A stretch of 15,076 bases of DNA from an uncultured Deinococcales bacterium. GTDB lineage: Bacteria; Deinococcota; Deinococci; Deinococcales; JAAFIG01. The notes below the pieces were generated by a model. That model saw only the letters and a list, made by a program, of their open reading frames with translations. It was not told the DNA's origin and did not search any database. The DNA lies in assembly GCA_964244895.1 (NCBI GenBank), contig CAXTKV010000041.1, positions 1-15,076 of the forward strand, written 5' to 3'. Shown piece after piece: positions 1-7,233 of the stretch (positions within the stretch are counted from its first letter, which is position 1; every line of letters begins with the position of its first letter). Position numbers and translations under genes: made by a program.

Positions 1-137
1 GCGTTGGAGATCACCGGCACATAAGACAGGTTGGGCATTTCCAGCAACCTGGCCGCGAGCTGCGTCACCCGGCGCAGGCTTTCTTCAGTTTCCGACGGGC
101 GCGGCGCATTCGCACCGCCGGAGTGGTCGGTGCTCAT
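1..137 (-). CDS. 5' part of a probable GAF-domain sensory protein, truncated by the window edge
   Basis: Manual translation from ATG at 137 gives MSTDHSGGANAPRPSETEESLRRVTQLAARLLEMPNLSYVPVISN, open to the edge. 'E-SLRRVTQLAARLLEMP' resembles the first helix of GAF domains in sensor kinases and cyclases. A TATGAT -10-like box lies at 224-229 (minus strand). Confidence 0.5.
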   Translation of the reverse strand, partial: MSTDHSGGANAPRPSETEESLRRVTQLAARLLEMPNLSYVPVISN

Positions 138-395
138 CGCCGATTCCGGATTGAACCTTGAGTTCGACCTCGCTCGAGTATGCGGCCTGCTTTCTTGTCA
201 GTGGTTTCCTTCACGATCCCGCCATCATAGATTCTTGCCGCGCTGGACGCGGTTCACAACGCACACTGCGGCCCGCAGAGCAGCCCGTTTCCCGAAATCC
301 TCGATGCCCGAGCGCGTTTCCGTGGGTGCGCGACGGCTCTGGTTGTTCGAGGCTGCGCCCGAGCAGGTCTCGCCGGAAACCGCCTTTTTGGCCAC

Positions 396-470
396 TTTCC
401 GGGGAAGACCGTCCAGCACGCAAATCCGGAAAAGTCAAAAAACACCGTCCCAGACGGTCTTCCCTGGAAA
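396..470. repeat. Inverted repeat containing a REP-like ACCGTCCAGCACG element; possible terminator of the TPR gene
   Basis: TTTCCGGGGAAGACCGTC (396-413) pairs with GACGGTCTTCCCTGGAAA (453-470) at 17/18 positions. It lies 10 nt downstream of the stop at 481-483. Confidence 0.7.
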
Positions 471-480
471 CCCAGTCGGG

Positions 481-2160
481 TCAGTTCAGTTCAAGGTTGC
501 GCGTTCGTTTGCCCGACATCATCTCCAAGGATCGCGCCACCTCGAGCGCCCAATCCGAGTACACGCCCTCCAGGAACGAACCCTCGAAGAACCCGTCCGC
601 TCTGGCCCGCGCGATGTCGTACTCCCAGGTCGCGTCCGCATCCAGACGGTACGCGCCGCGCAGGGCTCGCACGCTGCCCTCCCAGCCCAGGGCATCGCGC
701 AACTTGTTGACCAGCTTCCAGACGGCCTGGCGCACCCGCACGGGTTCCGGTGGCCCGAACGAACCCGCGTACATGGCATCCCCGATCACCTCGAGCGAGG
801 CCACACCCCCAGCTTCCAGCAGGAACACCAGCAGTTCCCCGGCGCGCCCGGTCGGCGCGATCGGTACGGCGCGGTCGTTGACGCAGACCTCCAGCACGCC
901 GGAAGCCTTGACGCTCACGACCGTGCGCGTCGCGTATTCCAACCGTGCGGGCACGGGCTGACCCGCGTTCTCGAGCAAGCCAAACAGCGCCCCGAAGGCT
1001 CCGGTTTCCTCTCGGGCGTGCAAAGACGCGACCGCGAGACCCTCCAGCAAGCCTACGGCCTCGTCCAGTCGCCCGTCCTGCCGCGCCAGTTCCGCCCGAG
1101 CGATGCGTTCCAGCCACTTGTCCGATTCGCTGACCAGCGCGCCCACGCGCCCCAGCGAATCCCGCGCCCGTTCGGGTTGGCCCAGCGCCAAAAAGACCAT
1201 CGCGTGCGAGACGCGCAGCGCCCCCTTCTCGAGCGTATCGTCCTGGAGGGCGAACTCGAGGGTTTCCAGCGCTTCGATGTGCCGCCCCGCCAGCCGCAGC
1301 GTGCGCGCCAGACCGAGATACGATTGCTTGCGGTCGTGCGCGTCGCGTGCAACCTCGAGACCTGCGCGATACGTATGTTCGGCGCGTGCCCATTCACCAA
1401 TCGCACGGCGTGACCCACCCAAACCGTTCAACGTCGCCGCACGCAACACCGCCGCCTGCGGTTTGCGCGTCAACCGATCGGCCTCGAGAAAATGCCGTTC
1501 CGCCTCCGGGTCAAGATCGCGTAAAGCGCTGATTCCGAGGTTGTAGCGCAGCCAAGCGAGCATTCTGGGATCGGATCGATACAGCGGCAATGCCTCGAGC
1601 CAGACGTTGCGGGCCTCAATGCTCTTTCGGCTCTCTGAAAGGCAATAGCCCTCGTTGAGCAAGGCTCGCCCGAGTTCCTCGCCGGAAAGCAGCGCCCGCG
1701 CATGGGCAAAAGCTTCGTGCCAAGGCTCTCTGAGGTTGAAGAGAACAAATCCAAGCAACCGAAACGCGATCCCTAATTTTTCACCGTGGAGATGCAAAAT
1801 CACGCCATCAATGGCGCGTCGAGCCTCAGGATAACGACGCATTTCGGATAGCGCTCCGCCGCACTCAAGTTGTACTGAAGCGGCTCGAGTCACATTGTGT
1901 CGCGTCGCGACTCGAGAACTAAATTCAATCACGTCAGCAAATCGACGATTCTTGTTTAGCACTCGCGCACATACAAATGCCGCCTCAACCGATTCAATGC
2001 GTTGCGCTTCAGGAATTCGTTCAACAAGCTCAAGTGCCTGCCTCCACTCGTCCTCAGTGCGAATCGTCGGCAACGCCCGCTCGAGCACCATGACCGCACG
2101 ATCAACGTCGCCCTGCTCGAGCAGCAGTTCACACGACACGCGAGCTTCAGCGAACTTCAC
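481..2160 (-). CDS. TPR-repeat transcriptional regulator with a C-terminal OmpR/SARP-like winged-helix domain (putative peptide receptor)
   Basis: 559 aa, GTG start. Several TPR-like helical pairs (RALLNEGYCLSE, WLRYNLGISALR, TLNGLGGSRRAIGEWARAEHTYRAGL, SYLGLARTLRLAGRHIEALETLEFAL). The C-terminus 'GVLEVCVNDRAV...LLVFLLEAGGVASLEVIGDAMY...VWKLVNKLRDALG...RGAYRLD...FLEGVYSDW' fits a Trans_reg_C-type wHTH followed by a short BTAD-like start. Confidence 0.85.
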   Translation of the reverse strand: MKFAEARVSCELLLEQGDVDRAVMVLERALPTIRTEDEWRQALELVERIPEAQRIESVEAAFVCARVLNKNRRFADVIEFSSRVATRHNVTRAASVQLECGGALSEMRRYPEARRAIDGVILHLHGEKLGIAFRLLGFVLFNLREPWHEAFAHARALLSGEELGRALLNEGYCLSESRKSIEARNVWLEALPLYRSDPRMLAWLRYNLGISALRDLDPEAERHFLEADRLTRKPQAAVLRAATLNGLGGSRRAIGEWARAEHTYRAGLEVARDAHDRKQSYLGLARTLRLAGRHIEALETLEFALQDDTLEKGALRVSHAMVFLALGQPERARDSLGRVGALVSESDKWLERIARAELARQDGRLDEAVGLLEGLAVASLHAREETGAFGALFGLLENAGQPVPARLEYATRTVVSVKASGVLEVCVNDRAVPIAPTGRAGELLVFLLEAGGVASLEVIGDAMYAGSFGPPEPVRVRQAVWKLVNKLRDALGWEGSVRALRGAYRLDADATWEYDIARARADGFFEGSFLEGVYSDWALEVARSLEMMSGKRTRNLELN

Positions 2161-2194
2161 CGATCATCCCCCCACCCCGGTCACATGATGGCAC

Positions 2195-2234
2195 ATCAAA
2201 GGAAGACGGCGAGGACGGTGCATCCTCGCCGTCT
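2195..2234 (-). terminator. Probable intrinsic terminator after the peptide genes
   Basis: Perfect 12-bp stem AGACGGCGAGGA (2204-2215) / TCCTCGCCGTCT (2223-2234) with a 7-nt loop. On the minus strand it is followed by TCCTTTGAT, a weak U tail. Confidence 0.65.
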
Positions 2235-2272
2235 GTGTTGCGTGGATTCAATACGTGGCAAACCAGTGTGGA

Positions 2273-2410
2273 TTATCGGCGGCAGGCGGGGCAGGGCTTC
2301 GGGTCATCCGCAAAAGCAATCGAGGTGTCACTCGGAAGGATAGACGACACGAAGGGAACCGCGACGGCGATCAAAGCACCCACGAGAATCGTGCGAACAG
2401 CGAGTTTCAA
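2273..2410 (-). CDS. Small secreted peptide precursor (45 aa) ending in DDPKPCPACRR; not in the ORF track
   Basis: Manual translation: MKLAVRTILVGALIAVAVPFVSSILPSDTSIAFADDPKPCPACRR*. TTG start with SD GAGGTG at 2421-2426. It has a basic N-region, a hydrophobic core and an A-F-A motif just before DD. The C-terminus is paralogous to that of 2488-2658. Confidence 0.8.
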   Translation of the reverse strand: MKLAVRTILVGALIAVAVPFVSSILPSDTSIAFADDPKPCPACRR

Positions 2411-2487
2411 CGTGAACGTTCACCTCGTTTGCGTGTGCCACACTCTCCTCGATGCCGCGACACCGCGACCGATGATGCCTCGAGCGA

Positions 2488-2658
2488 TCAGCAGACGCTG
2501 CAAGGCTTCGGGTTATCGTCCACCTGCATGAAGACACCCGGCCTCGAGAGCTGATGCTGAGCGTGTTGCACGGCCAGTTGCGCACCGAAGAACGCGCTCA
2601 GGGTGGCGATCAAAGCGATGGCGATGAACTGCTTGGGGTTGTATGCGCTACGATTCAT
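2488..2658 (-). CDS. Small secreted peptide precursor (56 aa) ending in DDNPKPCSVC
   Basis: MNRSAYNPKQFIAIALIATLSAFFGAQLAVQHAQHQLSRPGVFMQVDDNPKPCSVC*. ATG at 2658 has SD AGGAGG at 2665-2670, so the track's start at 2757 is probably too far upstream. It has a signal-peptide-like hydrophobic stretch. Confidence 0.8.
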   Translation of the reverse strand: MNRSAYNPKQFIAIALIATLSAFFGAQLAVQHAQHQLSRPGVFMQVDDNPKPCSVC

Positions 2659-2740
2659 GGTGTTCCTCCTGGTGGGGAATCCTGGATGCGGGGGTTCCGA
2701 GGCCCGAACCGCATCCCATTTCTTTGGTTGAAAAGATCGA

Positions 2741-2941
2741 TCAATCCTGGCGAGCATTTACACGGGGATCACCTCCTCCTGCGGTGAACGGGCGGAATGC
2801 TGGTGTGAACTGCTCGGGCCAGCTCTTCGCCTCGTTCAATTGGGTGCGCGCAGCTCGCCGTTCTCGAGAGACCTCTCGGCGCAGCGCTGAGAGATCGCCC
2901 AACGCGAGCAGCTCGAGCGTCAAGGAGTCGGTGAGCCTCAA
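2741..2941 (-). CDS. Small hypothetical protein (66 aa)
   Basis: The TTG start overlaps the TGA stop of the upstream 53-aa ORF (TTGA at 2938-2941), suggesting translational coupling. It contains a charged helical segment, LELLALGDLSALRREVSRERRAARTQL. Confidence 0.5.
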   Translation of the reverse strand: MRLTDSLTLELLALGDLSALRREVSRERRAARTQLNEAKSWPEQFTPAFRPFTAGGGDPRVNARQD

Positions 2942-3099
2942 TGAAGGGCTGCTTTCGGGTGGAACTCTCGATCGATCAGGTGGTTGAGCCGGATGGCGGC
3001 CTCTCGATCGGTCACGAACTGACGATCAGGCGTGAATGCCAGGACGTTGGGGTTCTGGATTGGCGGAATGGGTGTGAATACGCGGTACGTTGGTTTCAT
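2938..3099 (-). CDS. Small hypothetical protein (53 aa); not in the ORF track
   Basis: Manual translation: MKPTYRVFTPIPPIQNPNVLAFTPDRQFVTDREAAIRLNHLIDREFHPKAALH*. The ATG is preceded by an AAGGAG SD, and the stop overlaps the next start. Confidence 0.55.
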   Translation of the reverse strand: MKPTYRVFTPIPPIQNPNVLAFTPDRQFVTDREAAIRLNHLIDREFHPKAALH

Positions 3100-3183
3100 C
3101 CGCTTGCTCCTTCTGGGCTCATGGGCGCGTTCTTCCTCGCCTCACTGCTCGGAAGCAGTGAAGATGATCTTGAATTCAGGAGT

Positions 3184-3223
3184 ACCGTCCTGGACGTGAT
3201 ATTAAAAGAACGTGCTGGACGAT
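3184..3223. repeat. Degenerate copy of the REP-like palindromic element
   Basis: ACCGTCCTGGACGT, an AT-rich loop, then ACGTGCTGGACGAT (11/14 complementary). The right arm matches CGTGCTGGACG of the copies at 10434 and 12881. Confidence 0.55.
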
Positions 3224-3348
3224 GCGCTTATGTATGATTCGAACAAATCTGACTGATCTTAGGGTTCAATCGAATTGGCTGTGATCGCACGTTCTGGCCG
3301 TGCGAGAAGCTCGAACACCGTGTCCGAGCCCACGCTGGCGTTTACGCG

Positions 3349-3543
3349 TCAGTGCAATCTCGGGCGGCCTAACGACACCCACTCGAGATACCGCACCAGA
3401 TCCAGCACGCTCACGAACTCCAGGCTCTTGCCGGGCGATTGACCCGTCAAGGTGAAGCGTCCCGGCTGGTTAGGGGTCGCAGGCTGCACGTGCAGCACGA
3501 ACTCGAGCGAGGGCAGCTTGGGGTCTCGGGTCACAACGATCAC
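3349..3543 (-). CDS. Small hypothetical protein (about 61-64 aa)
   Basis: Plausible beta/alpha mini-domain (LEFVLHVQP...FTLTG...LEFVSVLDLVRYLEW). GGAGG sits 8 nt before the GTG at 3534, which may be the true start. A -10-like TATCTT lies at 3554-3559. Confidence 0.65.
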   Translation of the reverse strand: MIVVTRDPKLPSLEFVLHVQPATPNQPGRFTLTGQSPGKSLEFVSVLDLVRYLEWVSLGRPRLH

Positions 3544-3553
3544 CTCCGCCGCT

Positions 3554-3586
3554 AAGATAGTGGCGGAGGCGTAAGGTGGGCGTAGG
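3554..3586 (-). promoter_or_regulatory. Putative SARP/OmpR-type operator (direct repeat with 11-bp period) plus -10 box
   Basis: The minus strand reads CCTACGCC-cac-CTTACGCC-tccgccac-TATCTT. The repeats are at 3579-3586 and 3568-3575 and end 8 nt upstream of the -10 box. Confidence 0.5.
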
Positions 3587-3802
3587 TCGGGTTTCGTTCA
3601 AGCGTCAGCGTTTGCGAGGGCCTGCCATGATGACGATTCCAGATTGAAGGATGTTCTTCCATTGATCGGTATGGCGCTTTTACGATTCAATGCCTGGACG
3701 TCAATCAAGTTGGGCGATGCGTTGTCCGTGAAGTCGCATCGGGTTCCTGTCGCGAGATCGCGAATCTTGCGTCCGGGACGACTTCAAAACGCTTTTAGGG
3801 TA

Positions 3803-4234
3803 TCAATCAATTTTAGCGAGAAAAAATTGAGGGCGATTTGTACCCGAACCACCGTCGAACAGCATGAAAACCCTGGCTTCTTTTAAAAGAATATCGAGAC
3901 TGCTAATCTCAGATGGGACAAAAACGGTCGAAGTTCCGCCCGTACTCACGATGCTTAGCTTGTTGCTTTCCATGGAAATTCGTATCTCATCACCAAAATA
4001 ATCGGCATGGAATGTGTCTGGCACTACCAGGATTCCCCAACCCCCGCCACATTTTGAAAAAACATTTACAATATCTAAAATCTGCGATCTGTTTTCGACA
4101 CTAAATTTGATATCCATCGAATATTCACCAGAAGAAAACGTAAGCTCATTTTCTTTACGGCTTTCCTCTATGTTCATATACTGAAATACTTTAAATCCCT
4201 TTTTTTGCGGCTGAATCTCTCGAATCTTTCTCAC
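3803..4234 (-). CDS. AT-rich hypothetical protein (start uncertain: 4309, 4234 or 4177)
   Basis: An open frame of more than 120 codons in AT-rich DNA, where chance ORFs are short. It directly follows the STAND gene. TAAGGAG lies just before the GTG at 4234. No motif recognised. Confidence 0.6.
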   Translation of the reverse strand: MRKIREIQPQKKGFKVFQYMNIEESRKENELTFSSGEYSMDIKFSVENRSQILDIVNVFSKCGGGWGILVVPDTFHADYFGDEIRISMESNKLSIVSTGGTSTVFVPSEISSLDILLKEARVFMLFDGGSGTNRPQFFLAKID

Positions 4235-4262
4235 TTTACTCCTTAATTTGTTTAATTCTGCT

Positions 4263-7070
4263 CTAAATTGCACGATTTTTAATAAAAGAGACAATTTTGC
4301 TATATTCATTTATCATCTCTGTATATATTACCCCTTTCTCTGCGGATAAACCCATTTCCGCATAATTCAGCGCTTTTTCATAATTTCTATTTAACAGTTG
4401 TATTTTAGACAAGTTTATCAAAGATATGTGCTTAAATCGAGCAAAATTATATTTTTCTGAGAGATTAAGAACTTTCTCAAAGCATTCTAAAGCAAGAATT
4501 AAGTTGTTTCTCGATTTAGCGATACTACCTTTAACAACGATTGTACCCAAAAAGTTTTTGTCTATACCAAAAGTAAAATCACTTTCAACTTTTTGATTGT
4601 AAATTTCCGCTTTGTCTAAATTGCCCAGGAAGATTTCTAATTCAGCTAAATAAATATAAAGCTTCCCTAAAATGTCATCATGAAGCTCGTTTTCAGATTT
4701 TTTGAGTTTGTAAAGTAAAATTTTTGCTTTCAAAAATTCGTTTAAATTGAAAAGAGCCTGGGATGCTACTAAAATGGCGTTTGCTTTTGTATTCCAACTT
4801 GCTTTTGATTGATTTATTGCTTTCAATATATGAAAATAGGCGGATTCGGAAGAACCTGTAGATATTTCAATTTCTGCAAGGTTTGTTTCTGATTCGAGCA
4901 GAAAATCTTCATTTCTGTTATGTTTAGAAACTTCGAGCAGGATCTGACTCTCTTTTAACCAAAGATCTTTTTTATCTAAATTTCGGAAAATCCTCACCCT
5001 CTTTGAATGAACGTTCAAGCGATCTGCAACATCCAGACCGTTTTTAAGCGCTTTTGAATAATGCGTCAATGCGATTTCGTGTGCGTAGATTCTGATCGCA
5101 TCGTCGCCAGCTTTGATGCTCCACAACGCGGCTCGTTTTGCCAGTCCACCTCGTTCGTAATGCTCTGCAATCCGAACTGATGTACCGCCTGAATTCTCGA
5201 GGCTTACCGCCAACTTCCTGTGTATCAACCTCTTCCGATCGGGGTTCAACCCGTCCTCTAGCGCTCGCCGGATCAAATCGTGGTTGAACCGATACCCGTC
5301 GTTGCCTTCCTCGAGCAATTCCGCTTTGACGGCGCGTTCAATCGCGTCCACGCCTTCCCATTCGGTTAACGCCGTGGCGCTGGAAATGAGGGACAGATCG
5401 AACCCGTCCCCGGCCAGGCTCGCAGCCTCGAGCAATCGGCGCGCGTCGGCTCCAGTGCGATCCACGCGGGCGATCACGGTTTCGCGCACGGTGGCGGGTA
5501 TGGGCAATTCCGCGTAGCTTTCAGTGTCGTCGTGCGGTGTCGTCCAGGTTCCGTCGGCTGTGACCTGCAATTGTCCCGATCCGAACAGGTCGCGCAGGGT
5601 CTCGAGCAAAAAAAATGGGTTGCCGACGGTCGCGGCGTGTAGGCGCTTGGCGAAGGCGGGTGCGTCCGCACCGCCGGAGAGGGATTGAATCAGGACGCGC
5701 ACATCGCGTTCTTGCAATGGTTCCAGGTCGAGGCGCGTCAGCAACCCGTCGCGTTTCAGGTCGACGAGGATCGGGGCGGCGGCTGCGTTGCCCTCAAGTT
5801 CGACGGTGCGGGCGGTGGATATCAATCGCACGTTCGCGTCTTTGGCGCGTCGGGCGAGGTGCGCGACGAGCTCTAAGGTCGCCGCATCGAACCAGTGCAG
5901 GTCGTCCAGCACGATCGCGCCGCCATTCCCGACGCTGGCGATGATGGCGCGTGCGAGTCCTTCGATAAATCGCACGCGGCCTTCCAGGGACGGCATGGGT
6001 TGCGGTGTAACGCTCGGGTCAATTTCTGGCACGAGCCGGGCGCATTCGGTGCGCCAGACGGGTTCCAGGGTGTTTGCCCAGGCGGGTTCGCGCAGCGCTT
6101 CGCGCAGGCTTTCCGCGACGGGATACAGCGGTGATCCGCTCGAGCCTTCGCGCCCTTGCAGGCGATGGACTGCGCCTTTTCGGGCGGTGTAGTACGACAT
6201 TTCGTCCGCCAGCCGGGACTTGCCGATGCCGGGTTCGCCGGTGATCAGCGTCAGGCCGGGTTTTGCGCGCTCCAGTTGCGCCCATTCCGTCTCGCGCCCG
6301 ACGAGCGGTGAGCGCAAGTCGAGTTGCGCGGCGTCTGGGATCTCGAGGACGGTCAGGTCGCTGGCTTTGCGTTGGATGGCGTTCTGAACGCGTTCGGCGA
6401 TCTGTTGGGTTTGCGGCAGGGGCACGTCGCCCAGTTCTTGTTCTAGGGTCTGGCGGTAGCGTTCGTAATGGCGGATGGCGTTTTCGCGTTCGCCGAGGGC
6501 TTCGAGCAGGCGGATGACTTGGCGCTGGTGGAATTCCTGAAGTTCGTCGTCGTTCAATAGGCGTTGGTGCGTTTCGAGCGCGCCGCGCAGGTCGCCGCGT
6601 TCTTCGTGTTTGCTGGCGAGCCGCCTCAGTGTTTCGTGGTAGGCACCCGTCAGTGTTTCGCGGGTGGCCTCGAGCCATTCTTTGAATCCGGGGGCGTCGG
6701 GAACGTCCAGATCCTCGAGGAACCTGCCGCGCCATAAACGCATGGCGGCTTCGTCCTCTTGGGCACTGATGTGGGCTCGAAAGTGCGTCAGGTCGATTTC
6801 GGCGCATATGCCCAGCCGGATTTCGTCTCCGTCGCTGGCAAAGAAACCTTCTGGCAGGCGCTCTTTGAGTTCGTAGATGCGCTGCCGGAGGTTGCGCCGG
6901 GCGTCGGCTTGGTTCATCTCGGGCCACAGCAAATCCGCGAGCTTGTCGCGGCTGGTGGTTCCGTTGGCGCTCAGGTACGCGATCAACCCGATGCCCTTGC
7001 GGTCTCGCAGGGCGATGGGGCGTCCGTCGACGCGGAATGTGGGGCGACCGAGCAGCAGGATTTCGAGCAC
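4263..7070 (-). CDS. SARP/AfsR-like transcriptional regulator: wHTH + BTAD + AAA (STAND) ATPase + C-terminal TPR
   Basis: Likely start GTG at 7070 (VLEILLLGRP), with GGGAGG upstream and a TAGCAT -10; about 935 aa. wHTH 'LIAYLS...SRDKLADLLWPE...ARRNLRQRIYELK'. BTAD 'LWRGRFLEDL...FKEWLEATRE...QEFHQRQVIRLLEALGERENAIRHYERY'. Also 'LVGRETE', Walker A GEPGIGKS, Walker B IVLDDLHWFD, 'GNPFFLLE' and 'YRFNHDLIR', followed by a TPR-like tail. Confidence 0.92.
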   Translation of the reverse strand: MLEILLLGRPTFRVDGRPIALRDRKGIGLIAYLSANGTTSRDKLADLLWPEMNQADARRNLRQRIYELKERLPEGFFASDGDEIRLGICAEIDLTHFRAHISAQEDEAAMRLWRGRFLEDLDVPDAPGFKEWLEATRETLTGAYHETLRRLASKHEERGDLRGALETHQRLLNDDELQEFHQRQVIRLLEALGERENAIRHYERYRQTLEQELGDVPLPQTQQIAERVQNAIQRKASDLTVLEIPDAAQLDLRSPLVGRETEWAQLERAKPGLTLITGEPGIGKSRLADEMSYYTARKGAVHRLQGREGSSGSPLYPVAESLREALREPAWANTLEPVWRTECARLVPEIDPSVTPQPMPSLEGRVRFIEGLARAIIASVGNGGAIVLDDLHWFDAATLELVAHLARRAKDANVRLISTARTVELEGNAAAAPILVDLKRDGLLTRLDLEPLQERDVRVLIQSLSGGADAPAFAKRLHAATVGNPFFLLETLRDLFGSGQLQVTADGTWTTPHDDTESYAELPIPATVRETVIARVDRTGADARRLLEAASLAGDGFDLSLISSATALTEWEGVDAIERAVKAELLEEGNDGYRFNHDLIRRALEDGLNPDRKRLIHRKLAVSLENSGGTSVRIAEHYERGGLAKRAALWSIKAGDDAIRIYAHEIALTHYSKALKNGLDVADRLNVHSKRVRIFRNLDKKDLWLKESQILLEVSKHNRNEDFLLESETNLAEIEISTGSSESAYFHILKAINQSKASWNTKANAILVASQALFNLNEFLKAKILLYKLKKSENELHDDILGKLYIYLAELEIFLGNLDKAEIYNQKVESDFTFGIDKNFLGTIVVKGSIAKSRNNLILALECFEKVLNLSEKYNFARFKHISLINLSKIQLLNRNYEKALNYAEMGLSAEKGVIYTEMINEYSKIVSFIKNRAI

Positions 7071-7233
7071 GAACCCTCCCGTGTGAAGAGGATGTGCCAT
7101 GCTAGCAAGCCATGAGGAGGGCATCGCAACTTTGCAAAAGTATTGCGTTCTGGACGGTTGTCTCGCTATACACAGAGCGCCCACCCAGAGGATCGGGCGA
7201 GCGCTCTGCGAATTGATGTGCAAGTTTTGAGCC

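Noticed and set aside
134..228. Chain of tiny overlapping upstream ORFs (MMAGS*, then a 26-aa GTG ORF) before the GAF-like gene
   Set aside because: The GTGA/ATGA overlaps could be chance, and there is no leader-peptide signature or other support.
31..1413. 460-aa plus-strand ORF
   Set aside because: It is the antisense shadow of the TPR regulator in GC-rich DNA and has no recognisable domain or SD.
2273..2658. Peptides as RiPP or bacteriocin precursors
   Set aside because: No modifying enzyme, peptidase-ABC exporter or double-glycine leader is present in the window. Sec-type leaders fit better.
3228..3244. Possible Deinococcus radiation-desiccation response motif (TTATG-N7-CGAAC)
   Set aside because: The right half departs from the CGTAA/CATAA consensus, and no DNA-repair gene is adjacent.
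3598..3802. Possible gene remnant between the AT-rich ORF and the 64-aa gene
   Set aside because: No convincing start, SD or motif in the frames examined.
5608..5615. A8 homopolymer inside the STAND gene as a phase-variation site
   Set aside because: It is short, in frame, and explained by the conserved GNPFFL motif.
7173..7208. Hairpin CAGAGCGC/GCGCTCTG as a terminator after the HD-GYP gene
   Set aside because: Large loop and no U-tract; insufficient support.
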